Positions 8,978 through 19,127 are shown, numbered from the stretch's first letter. The stretch: 55,723 nt of DNA from Candidatus Hadarchaeota archaeon (GCA_964343275.1 CAYFIY010000004.1:1-55723); one strand, 5' to 3'. Notes: generated by a model from the sequence alone, not told the origin. Program-made: numbers and translations.

Positions 8978-10087
8978 TCACTTTTTACCCAAGAACTTCT
9001 GCCCCTCGACTTCATTAAGCTTGGCCGGCAAGTACTCGTTGACCACGTAGGCCAGCCCGTACCTGGCAAAGGCCTGCTGCTCCGCTTTCTTGCCTATCTC
9101 CAACATCTTCTTGATCTCATCCTGCCAGAATTTTGTGTTGTAGCGCGGGTCCCTAGCCAGCTGCTTCAGGCGGTTGACGTCCAGATCCCGCAGCTTATCC
9201 GTGGGCAGCTTGTAGTTGACGATGTCGCTGGCCGACACGCCGATGTACTTGGCGTCCGGCACCGCGAGTTCATGATTGATGTAGGCCAGCTTGGCGCTGC
9301 CCGAGATGATGACCATGGCGATGTGGAAGCCGAACGGATCGCCGTCGCAGTTGAGATAAATAGGAAGACCAAGCTCCTCGTTGACTCGCTTCAAAAACCT
9401 TCTAGTGGCACGGGCCGCTTGCCCCTTCAGTCCAACAATTAGAGAATCGAACTTCTTCCAGGCCTTTTCCTGTACCAGCCTGTGGTACATACCCATGGTC
9501 TCCACAGCGATCACCATCTTGGCATTGCATCTGGTGAAATCTACATCGTCGATGGTTGGCGGGATGGTGTATCCACCCCTTCCCGACTTGGTGGCGTCGA
9601 TTTTCACATTTCCCTCGCGCACGACTAATTGACCAAAAACCGCAGCCCCATCCTCTTCAGGAGTCAATCCCAAATTTTCCCTCTTCAGACCGAAGGTAGA
9701 CTCTAGGTCCTCTACGATGGCGTCAGACTCACTCTGCTCGTTGAATGGACCTGCCTCCCAGCCCTCCGCCGTGTAATACATCTCCCTTAAGGTGGCGAAC
9801 TTTCCGCTCTGGATGAGGTCCTTGGCGAAGTCCGCCGCGGTGAGCAGCTGGGCTACCTTCTTCACCTGCGACATGCTCCCTGCCGACCGGATGCCGAACT
9901 TTGGCCCTAGGACGAAGTAGCGGTTCTTCTTGTCGTAGATGATGTTGGTGGTGCTCCGAGACGGTATCTTCAGCTTGGGAGGCCGGGCGTTGCGGATGTC
10001 CTCCACCACTTCATGCCCCAGCTGGGTAAGATCCTCCAGCGCCTTCTTTCTGTGCTGCTCCTGCGTGTGGGCCTTCTTCTTAGGCAT
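8978..10087 (-). CDS. top6A: DNA topoisomerase VI subunit A
   Basis: TLREMYY catalytic Tyr motif, QSESD, AVET, DGDPFG TOPRIM motif, KAEQQA. ATG 10087 overlaps the top6B stop region. Confidence 0.96.
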   Translation of the reverse strand: MPKKKAHTQEQHRKKALEDLTQLGHEVVEDIRNARPPKLKIPSRSTTNIIYDKKNRYFVLGPKFGIRSAGSMSQVKKVAQLLTAADFAKDLIQSGKFATLREMYYTAEGWEAGPFNEQSESDAIVEDLESTFGLKRENLGLTPEEDGAAVFGQLVVREGNVKIDATKSGRGGYTIPPTIDDVDFTRCNAKMVIAVETMGMYHRLVQEKAWKKFDSLIVGLKGQAARATRRFLKRVNEELGLPIYLNCDGDPFGFHIAMVIISGSAKLAYINHELAVPDAKYIGVSASDIVNYKLPTDKLRDLDVNRLKQLARDPRYNTKFWQDEIKKMLEIGKKAEQQAFARYGLAYVVNEYLPAKLNEVEGQKFLGKK

Positions 10088-11648
10088 GCTCCTCACCGGT
10101 GGCTTTCTTCAACAGGGCCTTGATGTCGGGCTCCTTGACCATGGCCAGCTTGGACGCCTTCTGGGCGATGACCGGGAGATACTGCTCGAACACCCCGGCT
10201 CGCTCCTTCTTCTCCTTGGCTCTGATCCTTTTGAATAGGAACTTCTTCACCTCTCTGGCCGCCTCCATTATCGCCATCCTGATTTCGCCGATGATCTCGG
10301 TCCCGTCTGCGATGGACTGCTTGCCCGTTGAGGCGTAAGGCACGTAGGCGGATGAAACGTTTACCAAGAGTGTTAGGGGTGATGAGTCCACATCCACCCC
10401 GTAGCGTCTCCAGTCGACGCTACGCACGGAGGCAGTTATGGCGCATCCGCCTTGGTCGAAAATCAGCGGTGCGCGGTTGGCAAACCTGATTAGATCCACG
10501 CCGGTATCGTTATCCATTCCCTCGTTATCCAACCTTCCCCCCACCGACTTGCCGGAATTGCCTCCGTACGCTATACCCACCTCCACTATGAATGGCAAAC
10601 CGCCGCGGTAGACTTTCGGCGGTCGGGTGATGGTGTGCAGGAACTCGGGATTCAGGATCTGGCGCATGCCGTTCTCCAGGTCGGTCTTGTCTATCGGCCT
10701 AAGACCCGATGTGGGGGGCGCCATGAGCTTGACATGCTTAAAAGAGGAGACTATGCGCTCGGCCTGCTCCCAGGTCAATGTGGAAGGTGTATTGTTAGGT
10801 TTCACCTTCGCCAGTCCGCAGACCTCCATGGCCTTCCGCTTGCTGACGCGCGACAACTCGTTGGAGAGTAAACTGGAAACAGACCTGGCCTTGGTGTGCC
10901 TCGCCAGCACCAGCAAGTCGTCGGACATTATCCCCCAGGGATGCAGCGGCATGGGTTTAGGCCGTTCGGGGATCTTGGTGGTGGAGTTCTCGAAGATGGT
11001 GAGCACTCCGTCCGGCTCTACGAAGCTGATGCGGGCGTGGGGGTTGGTTATGGCCGTCATCCTGATGTAGTTGAAGGGACCGTAGCGGGAGCGCATATAG
11101 ACCACGTCCTTGGCTTCAATCTCTACCCTGGTGCCCCTCCATTTCCCCTTCAGTTTCTCCCTGCGCAAGACCTTGCCCTCGTTCTTATCCACGTCTATCA
11201 TCACGTCCTCACGGATCACCTCACCGTTGCCGGTTGAGGTCATGACCGTGGTCGGCCTGCCTGAGGTTATCTGTCCGAACATGGTCGCTCCGCTGACACC
11301 GATCCCCTGCTGTCCGCGCTGCTGGGTGGTGCGGTGTAGCTTAGTGCCCGCTAGCATCTTTCCGAAGACGTCAGGGATGTACTGCTCCGGTATGCCAGAG
11401 GCGTTGTCCTCGACCACGATCTTGAGGTGCTCCGGATCATCGTTGACTCGTTTGATGCTGATGTCGATCGTGGGTAGGATCCCAGCCGCCTCCGCGGCGT
11501 CGATGGAATTGGTGATCCCTTCATGGACTATTGTGGTAAGCGACCTGATCTTGCCTGTGTACCCCAGCATGGATGCGTTCCTACGGAAGAATTCGCTGAC
11601 GCTGTGCTCCCTGAACTCACCGAAAAGTTCGTCAGCGACCATCTTCAT
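10080..11648 (-). CDS. top6B: DNA topoisomerase VI subunit B
   Basis: [41 protein letters not shown] motifs, [14 protein letters not shown]. Confidence 0.96.
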   Translation of the reverse strand: MKMVADELFGEFREHSVSEFFRRNASMLGYTGKIRSLTTIVHEGITNSIDAAEAAGILPTIDISIKRVNDDPEHLKIVVEDNASGIPEQYIPDVFGKMLAGTKLHRTTQQRGQQGIGVSGATMFGQITSGRPTTVMTSTGNGEVIREDVMIDVDKNEGKVLRREKLKGKWRGTRVEIEAKDVVYMRSRYGPFNYIRMTAITNPHARISFVEPDGVLTIFENSTTKIPERPKPMPLHPWGIMSDDLLVLARHTKARSVSSLLSNELSRVSKRKAMEVCGLAKVKPNNTPSTLTWEQAERIVSSFKHVKLMAPPTSGLRPIDKTDLENGMRQILNPEFLHTITRPPKVYRGGLPFIVEVGIAYGGNSGKSVGGRLDNEGMDNDTGVDLIRFANRAPLIFDQGGCAITASVRSVDWRRYGVDVDSSPLTLLVNVSSAYVPYASTGKQSIADGTEIIGEIRMAIMEAAREVKKFLFKRIRAKEKKERAGVFEQYLPVIAQKASKLAMVKEPDIKALLKKATGEEHA

Positions 11649-11663
11649 GATGCGGTGCCTTCC

Positions 11664-11831
11664 CTATTTTTTGGCATTATTTATCAACTCCTTGATCGCC
11701 TCGTTTATGGTGATCCTTCTACCCCTCTTGAGCTGTAATTTTGACACCACTTCCAGCAGTTTCCTGTGTGTGGTGTCTTCGACCTTGAGAGTAACTTTAC
11801 TCGCTTTACTCACATTATTCACATTACTCAT
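11664..11831 (-). CDS. Small ribbon-helix-helix-like DNA-binding protein (up to 55 aa), missed by ORF track
   Basis: Manual translation MSNVNNVSKASKVTLKVEDTTHRKLLEVVSKLQLKRGRRITINEAIKELINNAKK: alternating beta-strand VTLKV, helix, G-turn, T.NEAI..LI helix. Ends 15 bp before top6B. Start could be an internal GTG. Confidence 0.72.
   Translation of the reverse strand: MSNVNNVSKASKVTLKVEDTTHRKLLEVVSKLQLKRGRRITINEAIKELINNAKK
11796..11831. repeat. Four tandem degenerate 9-bp repeats (minus strand ATGAGTAAT GTGAATAAT GTGAGTAAA GCGAGTAAA)
   Basis: Seen directly: tttactcgc, tttactcac, attattcac, attactcat at 11796, 11805, 11814, 11823, covering the RHH gene start. Confidence 0.75.
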
Positions 11832-11905
11832 AATAATATAGTTATTATTGATATTATATTAACTATTCGGCCTTTTTCTCTCGAAATAACTCAAGAAAGC
11901 GCCAT

Positions 11906-12439
11906 TCATAACCATGGAAACGGCTTGGCCTTCAACTGCCGGCGCTTTCGTTCCAGAAACCGGTAAACAGTCGAGTGCATTGCGCCACCAAGGAGCATAC
12001 CGATGGCCTCTCGGAACACCACCAGCTGCTCGGCCGTCCCGATAGCGGCAACGGTTTTGCCGTAGACAGAGATACAGGTCTCTGTTGTCCGTTCCATGAT
12101 CTCTCTAGTCCTACCCTTTTCCCCTATCAGCCTGCCTCTGAGCCTTAACATGGCGCGTCCGGAATCTCCGGCGAAATCAGTGATGTCGATGATATCCAAA
12201 TACTGGTCGTCGTCCAGCAGCCTGAGCGCGCGTCTGGAGCTGAAACCCCTGGCTATGGCCTTCATGATCTCCTGGGCCTTTAGTGCTCCGATCGGGTCGT
12301 TGCCGGCTTCCACCTTGACGCTGAAGTTTTCGGTGTCGAAAAACAGCTTGGTGTTGGTCTGTCTTTCGATCTCGTGCTTGGTCTCTCCGTTGGGGCCGAT
12401 CGCCACTCCGATTCGCTCCCCAGGAATGCGTATGTACAT
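11906..12439 (-). CDS. KH-domain pre-rRNA processing protein (Dim2/Pno1-like)
   Basis: RIGVAIGPNG and GRLIGEKGRT KH loops, AIARGFS, ISVYGKTV, GAMHSTVYRFL. Confidence 0.92.
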   Translation of the reverse strand: MYIRIPGERIGVAIGPNGETKHEIERQTNTKLFFDTENFSVKVEAGNDPIGALKAQEIMKAIARGFSSRRALRLLDDDQYLDIIDITDFAGDSGRAMLRLRGRLIGEKGRTREIMERTTETCISVYGKTVAAIGTAEQLVVFREAIGMLLGGAMHSTVYRFLERKRRQLKAKPFPWL

Positions 12440-12558
12440 CAGTTACACCTAATAAGTTCTCTCATTTCATGTTTCTCGGTATGGGCGTCCCGAATTTTTA
12501 AGTCCATTCCTCCGACAGAAACATTTATTTGTTATTAACTAAAATATCATGCGGTAAA

Positions 12559-13173
12559 ATGGATCTGAACTCAATCAAAAATCTAGGAGTTATAGGATCT
12601 ATTTTGATCGTGATCGCCCCTATTTTGATCTCGATCACCAGTCTGGGGCTTGGATTATTCCCTGTTCTGATAGGCATAATAGGTTGGGTATTGGTGCTAA
12701 TAGCTTTGAAGAAGCTGTCGAATCACTATCGCGACGCGAGCATCTTCAAAAACGCTCTTTACGGGGTCATAGTGGGCGTAGTGGGGGTGGTTGTGACTAT
12801 AGCCGCGATGGTGGCGAGATTATTATCCGTGTTGTCTATGAAGGGGATCGCTTTAACCGATGTAACCAGCTTGGACAAACACGCACTGGCATTTAGCAGC
12901 TTGACCAAACCGGGAGTTCTATGGAATCCTATCCTGGCACTTATCGTACCCATAGTGGTGGTGTTCCTCATCTTTTCCATCGTTTCGGCCATCTTCTTCA
13001 GAAGGTCGTTGAGAATCATTTCCACCAAGACCAGGGTGGACTTGTTCGACACTGCAGGATTGGTGATGTTGATAGGGGCATGTTTGACCATTATCATGGT
13101 GGGCGTTTTCGTAATATGGGTAGCGTGGATGTTAGTTGCCGTAGGGTTCTTCTTAATCAAGACAAAGAAATAG
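12559..13173 (+). CDS. DUF996-family membrane protein
   Basis: KNLGVIGSIL...LIALKKLSNHYRDASIFKNAL...LFDTAGL..LIGA.LTIIMVG pattern with multiple TMs. Confidence 0.8.
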   Translation: MDLNSIKNLGVIGSILIVIAPILISITSLGLGLFPVLIGIIGWVLVLIALKKLSNHYRDASIFKNALYGVIVGVVGVVVTIAAMVARLLSVLSMKGIALTDVTSLDKHALAFSSLTKPGVLWNPILALIVPIVVVFLIFSIVSAIFFRRSLRIISTKTRVDLFDTAGLVMLIGACLTIIMVGVFVIWVAWMLVAVGFFLIKTKK

Positions 13174-13181
13174 TAATAGCG

Positions 13182-13197
13182 CCAAAATTTTATTAAT
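13182..13197 (+). promoter_or_regulatory. Putative BRE/TATA promoter of tRNA-Ser(UGA)
   Basis: ccaaaa-TTTTATTAAT about 45 nt upstream of the tRNA 5' end. Confidence 0.45.
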
Positions 13198-13238
13198 AAG
13201 GAAAAATCTTAACCTACTCCGGGTAGAGTAGTGATTCG

Positions 13239-13328
13239 GCCGGGGTAGCCAAGTCAGGTTTAAGGCGCACGCCTTGAGAGCGTGTGGCCCTTCGGGCCTC
13301 GGGAGTTCAAATCTCCCCCCCGGCGCCA
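13239..13328 (+). tRNA. tRNA-Ser (anticodon UGA)
   Basis: Acceptor GCCGGGG/CCCCGGC, anticodon arm CACGC-CTTGAGA-GCGTG, long variable arm GGCCC-TTC-GGGCC, TTCAAAT T-loop, G discriminator, encoded CCA. Confidence 0.96.
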
Positions 13329-13408
13329 TTTCGCTTTATAACTTGACGAATCACCAAACACTCGAACTCAAACACATACTAATTAACAGCAGAGATATTC
13401 AATGTTGG

Positions 13409-13834
13409 ATGTTGAAGAAGATGATAGTTGGATTACTTGTAGTCATTGTTATAATAATCGCTACGTTTTTCATAGTAACTTAGCCTGCTCCAGAGTCAAC
13501 GTCTACCACAACCCCAACCGTGTCCCTGACGATATCCACGACCACTCCACCTCCGATCCTGGAAATAATAGCGTTCGAGGGAACCGGCAATAAAGCGACT
13601 GATGTGTTCACCTTGAAAAAAGGAATATCAATATTTCATGTAATTTACGACGGCTTCGACCACTTTGCTATATGGCTTTACAATGATAGAGGCAGCTTGG
13701 TTGAAGTTTTGGTCAATCGAATGGGTTCTTTCGCGGAGAGTAAAACGATAGAGGTTACGGACTAAATATTAAGTGTATCGCTAGGAATTCACTACTTCAG
13801 TATAAAAAACGATGGCGATTTGTAAATCATCTTA
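13409..13834 (+). pseudogene. Degraded membrane-anchored/secreted protein (signal anchor, Thr/Pro linker, small beta domain)
   Basis: Single frame MLKKMIVGLLVVIVIIIATFFIVT*PAPESTSTTTP...FEGTGNKATDVFTL..G...LVNRMGSF...D*ILSVSLGIHYFSIKNDGDL*II with stops at 13481, 13763, 13823. Confidence 0.65.
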
Positions 13835-13877
13835 GGACGGGGATAAGAATCAGACACTGGTAGTCATCTCCTTATAT

Positions 13878-14834
13878 CTATCTGCTGGGGATAGCGAACT
13901 GGATCAGAAGTTCCATAAAGTGAGGGTGGGTTAACTCGTGTGGCGAACTTTTCATAAATTTTCTCAGAGAGCTGATGGTGGTGAAACTCATTCTACTCAA
14001 CTGAACGTCAGAAAAATTCACTATTTCATATCTATAGAACTTAAACCTGTGTGGATATTTCTCATTCTTCAAGTTTTCGTCTGGCCAAACAACTCCAAAT
14101 CGACGTTTTTTCGCCTGAGCGACAGTTTTCTCGTTCCAGTAATTCTTCCTTACTCTGAAAGCCGAGATATTCTTGATCGCCATACTGGGATTTTTTTTGA
14201 TCAGCCGGTAAAATCTCGTTTCCGATAGCCTTGGGGTGAAATAAGGGGGCCCGTTGGAAATAGGACCAAAGAAAATGATTAAATCATTTTTTTGAAATCC
14301 ACTTATCTGGGGTGCTTGATTGAATCTTCCCTCCGTAAAACCCCAAATTCCTTTTTTGAGTCCCACTTCGAGGTTCTTCACCATCTCCCTTGTTACAAAA
14401 ACGACCCAGATTTTTTGGTATTTCCGTTTAAATACTGTCTCCTCATGGAAACTTTTGACAGTCTCGTAGAAAATCTTGCCGGCGTTTGTCTTGAACCACT
14501 TCTTGAAATGTTTTTGATTGACAGGGATTTGCCGTAAGTTACAAATTTCCACATCTTTGTTGAACACCACGAGAAAACCGCCCCTCTTGACAAAATCACC
14601 GTGTCTCCTGGGATTCTTAGCATCGTGATCATAACGGCTCGATAACCACTCTACCTCGGCAGGAGTCGGTTTGCCGTCGATGGTGCAAATTAAATCGGGA
14701 AAATTATCAAATCCCTCGGGATTAAAACTGCAACCCTCGATGGATTTTCCCTCGTCGCCCATCCTAAGCATGTAATGGGAGCAATTTTCTTTAAAATAGA
14801 GTTGTAAAACCTTTTCATCGATCCATTTTGGCAT
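13878..14834 (-). CDS. Putative PD-(D/E)XK nuclease fused to a C-terminal EVE/PUA-like domain
   Basis: N-terminal E..LQ...FPDL...AEVEWLSSRY.H nuclease-like core. C-terminal KIW...NLEVGLKKGIWG...KNDLIIFF...VWPDE...YPHRFKF, typical of EVE domains. Confidence 0.7.
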   Translation of the reverse strand: MPKWIDEKVLQLYFKENCSHYMLRMGDEGKSIEGCSFNPEGFDNFPDLICTIDGKPTPAEVEWLSSRYDHDAKNPRRHGDFVKRGGFLVVFNKDVEICNLRQIPVNQKHFKKWFKTNAGKIFYETVKSFHEETVFKRKYQKIWVVFVTREMVKNLEVGLKKGIWGFTEGRFNQAPQISGFQKNDLIIFFGPISNGPPYFTPRLSETRFYRLIKKNPSMAIKNISAFRVRKNYWNEKTVAQAKKRRFGVVWPDENLKNEKYPHRFKFYRYEIVNFSDVQLSRMSFTTISSLRKFMKSSPHELTHPHFMELLIQFAIPSR

Positions 14835-15050
14835 TAGGTCACAGCCTTAAAGCTTAGTTTCCATCTTAACTGGTTAAAACCACCAAATCAGCTTTTCGGT
14901 ACGTCTCTTTAACTTATCTGGATACTTGTCAGCGTCGCGCCGCAAGAGACCAAATTCACGGGGGAACCGCTGGGGTTTTAGGTGAAATCGAGATAAGAAT
15001 AGGTGTTGTTTTCATGGAGCTGGGAATATGAACGCAATAGGTAGTCTTTC

Positions 15051-15797
15051 GTGATCAGGGCAATGATTTTTGACATGGACGGAGTGCTTGTGGCGACGGA
15101 AAAACTCAAGGCCTTGTCCTATGCTCGCGCCGCTAGTAAAATGTCGCCTTCTACAGTTGAGGAGGAGGTCATCGAGTCCTACAAGGAAGTGGTAGGAACC
15201 GAACGCGAGGAAATGGCCAAAGCTTTATTCCGGAAGTTTGACCTTGAGGAAGCGGCCAAGCCGCGTATGGCCGAATTCGGGGTCAGCGCTCCTTGGCAGG
15301 CATTCCTGCAAATGAGGCTAAGAATCTACGAGGCAATTGTGTCTGACCCCGAAGTTCTACGCCAGAGTCGAATACCATACAACATTTCCCTTTTGGATGA
15401 GGCCCGTCGTTATGGATGCAGCATGGCTCTGGTCACTATGTCTCGCAAGGACGCGGTGCAGCGCGTGCTTGAGGCGATCGATCTGAAAGATGCTTTCGAA
15501 GTTGTGGTCACGCGTGAGGATGTGAAGAAGGGCAAGCCGGATCCAGAGATATATAAATTGGCCATAAAGAATCTGGGCGCGCACCCTGCTGAATGTTTGG
15601 TTATTGAGGATTCGGCTGCAGGGGTAAATGCCGCGCTAGCATCCGGGGCATGGTGTATTGCCGTACCAACGCCATTCACCCGCGACATACTTCACGCCGA
15701 ACACTTGATTGAATACCGATGGATAGTAGATGATCCGAATAATTTAGTCCAAGTTGTAAGACGTATGTTTGAGGAGAGAAGACAAGAATTAACTTGA
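15051..15797 (+). CDS. HAD-family phosphatase
   Basis: FDMDGVL, VTMS, KPDPEIY, VIEDS..GV motifs. Confidence 0.92.
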   Translation: MIRAMIFDMDGVLVATEKLKALSYARAASKMSPSTVEEEVIESYKEVVGTEREEMAKALFRKFDLEEAAKPRMAEFGVSAPWQAFLQMRLRIYEAIVSDPEVLRQSRIPYNISLLDEARRYGCSMALVTMSRKDAVQRVLEAIDLKDAFEVVVTREDVKKGKPDPEIYKLAIKNLGAHPAECLVIEDSAAGVNAALASGAWCIAVPTPFTRDILHAEHLIEYRWIVDDPNNLVQVVRRMFEERRQELT

Positions 15798-16351
15798 TTA
15801 GTTGAAAAATCCTAGCTTGAAAAAATTAAAAATAGCTACTTTTTTACGTGTTTAGCATGCCATTCCATCTCTTCAAGAGTGGGAGTTAGTTTCACGCCTA
15901 CCAAGTACAAAAACACTTGTGTTGAAGAGTCTCAGGCAGCGGAAAGAGAACGCAAATCGTTTAACATTTGTTCTTTGTCACTTCCAATCGATTTCAGGTA
16001 ATTTCTAAATGAGCCGAATTATTGTTACAAGTCTGGACGGAATATTCAGAGTCAAGGACGGCATTTTAAAGCGAACCAATATAATTATCGGCAAAAAACA
16101 TAAAATAGCCTTTTTAAAAAATATAAGCTGGGACAGCTTCCGGATATCAAAGGGGCCATAAAATCACTGAAGAAAGTTAACTGAAGATTGTTTGCGATTA
16201 TTTGTCCACCGCGTCGGCCTTTCCGTCGACCACAGATTTAGAGGCTGAGTTCAAGACCTAGTAAGATTTAGCGTTAATTCAGTGGACCGATGGTCGGATT
16301 TGTTAATAATTTCTGTAAAAAGGTTTAAGCCACCCAGAGAGATGATAAGCC

Positions 16352-17533
16352 ATGAAATCGGCAATAAAAAACGATGGAAAAAAACCAATCTATTTGGACA
16401 CCAATCTTCAGATTATTTTCGGAGTTAGTCTGACTTCGGTTTTGGGACTAAGCGTAATCACTCCAGCTTTTCCAAGTATAGTAGCTGAACTAAATATAAC
16501 ATCTCAGGAAGTTGGGCTGCTCATCTCAGTATTCACCTTTCCGGGCATCGTGTTTAATCCCATCCTAGGTGTTTTTGCGGATCGTTTTGGCAGAAAGAAT
16601 ATTATGGTTCCCTCATTGATGCTCTTTGGGTTTGCAGGGGGGGCAAGTTTTTTTGCCGCCGATTTTAACCAGTTACTGATACTGCGTTTCTTTCAGGGGG
16701 TGGGCATAGCTCCCCTGTGGCCACTCGCCTTCACGATCATAGGCGACATTTTCTCAGGCAAGAGGCGCTCTGCAGCCGTTGGCTACAACGTCGCCGTAAT
16801 TGACATTGGTCTAGCAAGTTTTCCGGCAATCGGTGGGGGTCTGGCCATGCTGGGTTGGCATTATCCCTTCCTCCTTTATTTGGTTGCCATCCCAGTTGGA
16901 TTAATCGTTTTATTTTCTTTGAAAAATCCTGAACCAAAAAATAAGCCTCACCTCAAGAAATATCTAAGTAATTTATCAAGAAATCTTAAAAATAGCCAGA
17001 TAGCTGGCCTCATAACCATTGGTGCCTTTAACTTCATCATCTTCAGTGGAGTATTCCTGACATATTTTCCACTCCTAATTGGAAATTCATTTGGCGCATC
17101 TCCACTCGTAATCGGCATAGTTATGACGATCATGCCGGCCGCAGCTGCATTTACGTCTTCACAAATGGGAAAATTAACAAAAATTTATTCGGAAAAAAAT
17201 ATACTAAAGGTCGCATTTCTACTCTATGCCGTGGCATTGGTTATTATTCCGTTCGTCGACAATCTCTGGTTGTTTCTCATTCCTTCTGTGATCTTTGGAG
17301 TTGGATTTGGTCTCAGCGACGCAGGTAGAATGGCATTTCTGATAAGGTTGGTGCCCATTATCCGCCGAGCTACATTAGTATGTGCAGATGAAACGTTTCT
17401 AGTGTCTGGAATAACCTTGGGTCCGCTGATAATGAGTGTTATTTTTGGCATCTGGGGAATGAGTGCTGTTTTTTATGCGGGTGCTGCGTTTTCGATATTT
17501 TTGGTGGCATGGACAGTTATTACATTAAGATAG
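16352..17533 (+). CDS. MFS transporter
   Basis: Motif A GVFADRFGRK, RFFQGVG, about 12 TMs. Confidence 0.92.
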   Translation: MKSAIKNDGKKPIYLDTNLQIIFGVSLTSVLGLSVITPAFPSIVAELNITSQEVGLLISVFTFPGIVFNPILGVFADRFGRKNIMVPSLMLFGFAGGASFFAADFNQLLILRFFQGVGIAPLWPLAFTIIGDIFSGKRRSAAVGYNVAVIDIGLASFPAIGGGLAMLGWHYPFLLYLVAIPVGLIVLFSLKNPEPKNKPHLKKYLSNLSRNLKNSQIAGLITIGAFNFIIFSGVFLTYFPLLIGNSFGASPLVIGIVMTIMPAAAAFTSSQMGKLTKIYSEKNILKVAFLLYAVALVIIPFVDNLWLFLIPSVIFGVGFGLSDAGRMAFLIRLVPIIRRATLVCADETFLVSGITLGPLIMSVIFGIWGMSAVFYAGAAFSIFLVAWTVITLR

Positions 17534-17736
17534 AGTCGGCTCAACCGATGCGTAGCGGTTTGCACTAAGCGCAGCTCGTGTGTGTTAAAATCAATAATGT
17601 GTTCAAGTACGTGAAGCTGTAGCTGGCTGGACTGAAGAACTGGCAAAAAAACGTCCATGTTTGCGTTGGGCCAAATAAATTTAATTTCTCAAAAACGTCA
17701 ATGGTAAGTTTAATAAATTAACGCCTTGATGACTCT

Positions 17737-18135
17737 TTGATGGTAAAAGGTAAATTTACAGTTAGACATAATGGCAGAATATGGCTTAAAGCGGATTATG
17801 ACTATCTTACTTCCACAGACTTGGAATATTTGCTCAGGTCAGTTCGTGTTCCACTAATCAAAGAACTTAAACGGAGGAAATTGGTGGGCAGAAGAGACGC
17901 TTTGCATATTCGGGCCATTCACACCCCGAGAAGCATAGAAATAGATATTCTTATTGTATTGGTGGTGCCTATCTCCGTCAGTGTTTTGGAGTCGATATTA
18001 AAAAAGGCTGCTAAAAAAATCAGGATAAATTTCCGCGAAAAAACAAAAATGAGTAGATTTAGAAAAGTAAATATTGAATTCTTTTCCTATCGTAAAGTAG
18101 TTACAGAGTTTACAGACAAATTCAATGTTGAATAA
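17737..18135 (+). CDS. Hypothetical basic protein with one hydrophobic segment
   Basis: 132-codon ORF in AT-rich DNA with an upstream TTTAATAAA box; no recognised motif. Confidence 0.55.
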   Translation: MMVKGKFTVRHNGRIWLKADYDYLTSTDLEYLLRSVRVPLIKELKRRKLVGRRDALHIRAIHTPRSIEIDILIVLVVPISVSVLESILKKAAKKIRINFREKTKMSRFRKVNIEFFSYRKVVTEFTDKFNVE

Positions 18136-18217
18136 CAATTCACTTTATTCTAATAGCGCGCTGAGGTAAAAATAAATGTTAAACTATGTCATCTAAGTGC
18201 TGAGTGTAGGGAATAGT

Positions 18218-19078
18218 ATGGATGAAATGAGAGGTAAAGTATGCATAGTGACTGGCAGCAGCTCAGGAATTGGGAAAGAAATAGCCTTAGCTTTAGCGAA
18301 TATGTCTGCAACCGTGGTCAATGTTGTGCGAAATCGAGAACGTGGAGAAAAAGCCTTGAATGTGATAATCAATAAGACTGTAAGTCACGCGGCCGATTTA
18401 ATGATTTGTGATATATCCTCAATGGAGTCGATTAAACAGTTCGCTAATGAATTCAGGCACAAGTACGATAGACTTGATGTGCTAATCAACAATGCCGGAA
18501 CCTTCGTCGGTAAAAGACAAATCACAATAGACGGATTTGAGCGAACCTTGGCGGTTAATTACCTCGCTCCTTTTCTTCTTACGCACGAACTGCTTCCATT
18601 GCTAAAATCTAGTGTTCCGTCCAGGGTGATCAATCTAGGCTCAGGATTGCACGGAAGGGGAAAGATAGATTTCGACGATCTTCAAAGCGAGAAGGAATAC
18701 GGAGCCGCGAAAACATATGCTAAGTCAAAACTGATGTTGGTAATGTATACTTATGAACTAGCTAAGCGTTTGGAGAGCATTGGAGTTACTGTGAATATAG
18801 TTGAACCTGGTTTTGTTGCGACAAACCTTGGAAAGAACAGTGGAAGTCGCTTGTTGTCTTTGGTGTTTAGTATGACGCGTCCATTTCAGATCAGCGCAAA
18901 AAAAGGTGCTGATCCCATCGTATACTTGGCATCGTCAGACCAGGTCAAGGACTTGACCGGTAAGTGCTTTTTAAAATTGAGAGAAAAAACCACAGCCAAA
19001 ATATCTTATGATCGGGAAATGCAAAAACTTCTCTGGGACGCCACGTTCGAACTCTTAGGATTGTCACAAAAGAATTAA
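18218..19078 (+). CDS. SDR-family oxidoreductase (retinol dehydrogenase-like)
   Basis: TGSSSGIG, NNAG, YAKSK (YxxxK), PGFVAT. Confidence 0.93.
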   Translation: MDEMRGKVCIVTGSSSGIGKEIALALANMSATVVNVVRNRERGEKALNVIINKTVSHAADLMICDISSMESIKQFANEFRHKYDRLDVLINNAGTFVGKRQITIDGFERTLAVNYLAPFLLTHELLPLLKSSVPSRVINLGSGLHGRGKIDFDDLQSEKEYGAAKTYAKSKLMLVMYTYELAKRLESIGVTVNIVEPGFVATNLGKNSGSRLLSLVFSMTRPFQISAKKGADPIVYLASSDQVKDLTGKCFLKLREKTTAKISYDREMQKLLWDATFELLGLSQKN

Positions 19079-19127
19079 ATCTAAAAAAGATTCAAGCGCA
19101 GATAAAAGTTTGAACTGTGGGAAAATA

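Noticed and set aside
11796-11831. CRISPR array or replication-origin boxes
   Set aside because: Repeats are 9 bp with no spacers, and no cas or cdc6/orc1 gene is in the window.
11110-11841. Long antisense ORFs (also 33547-34260, 52347-53084 and many shorter ones)
   Set aside because: They lie opposite well-conserved genes and reflect codon bias.
13481-13483. In-frame TAG as pyrrolysine or amber read-through
   Set aside because: The same frame also has TAA stops, TAG ends core genes here (rpl3, rpl5, secY, rpoB), and no pyl genes are seen.
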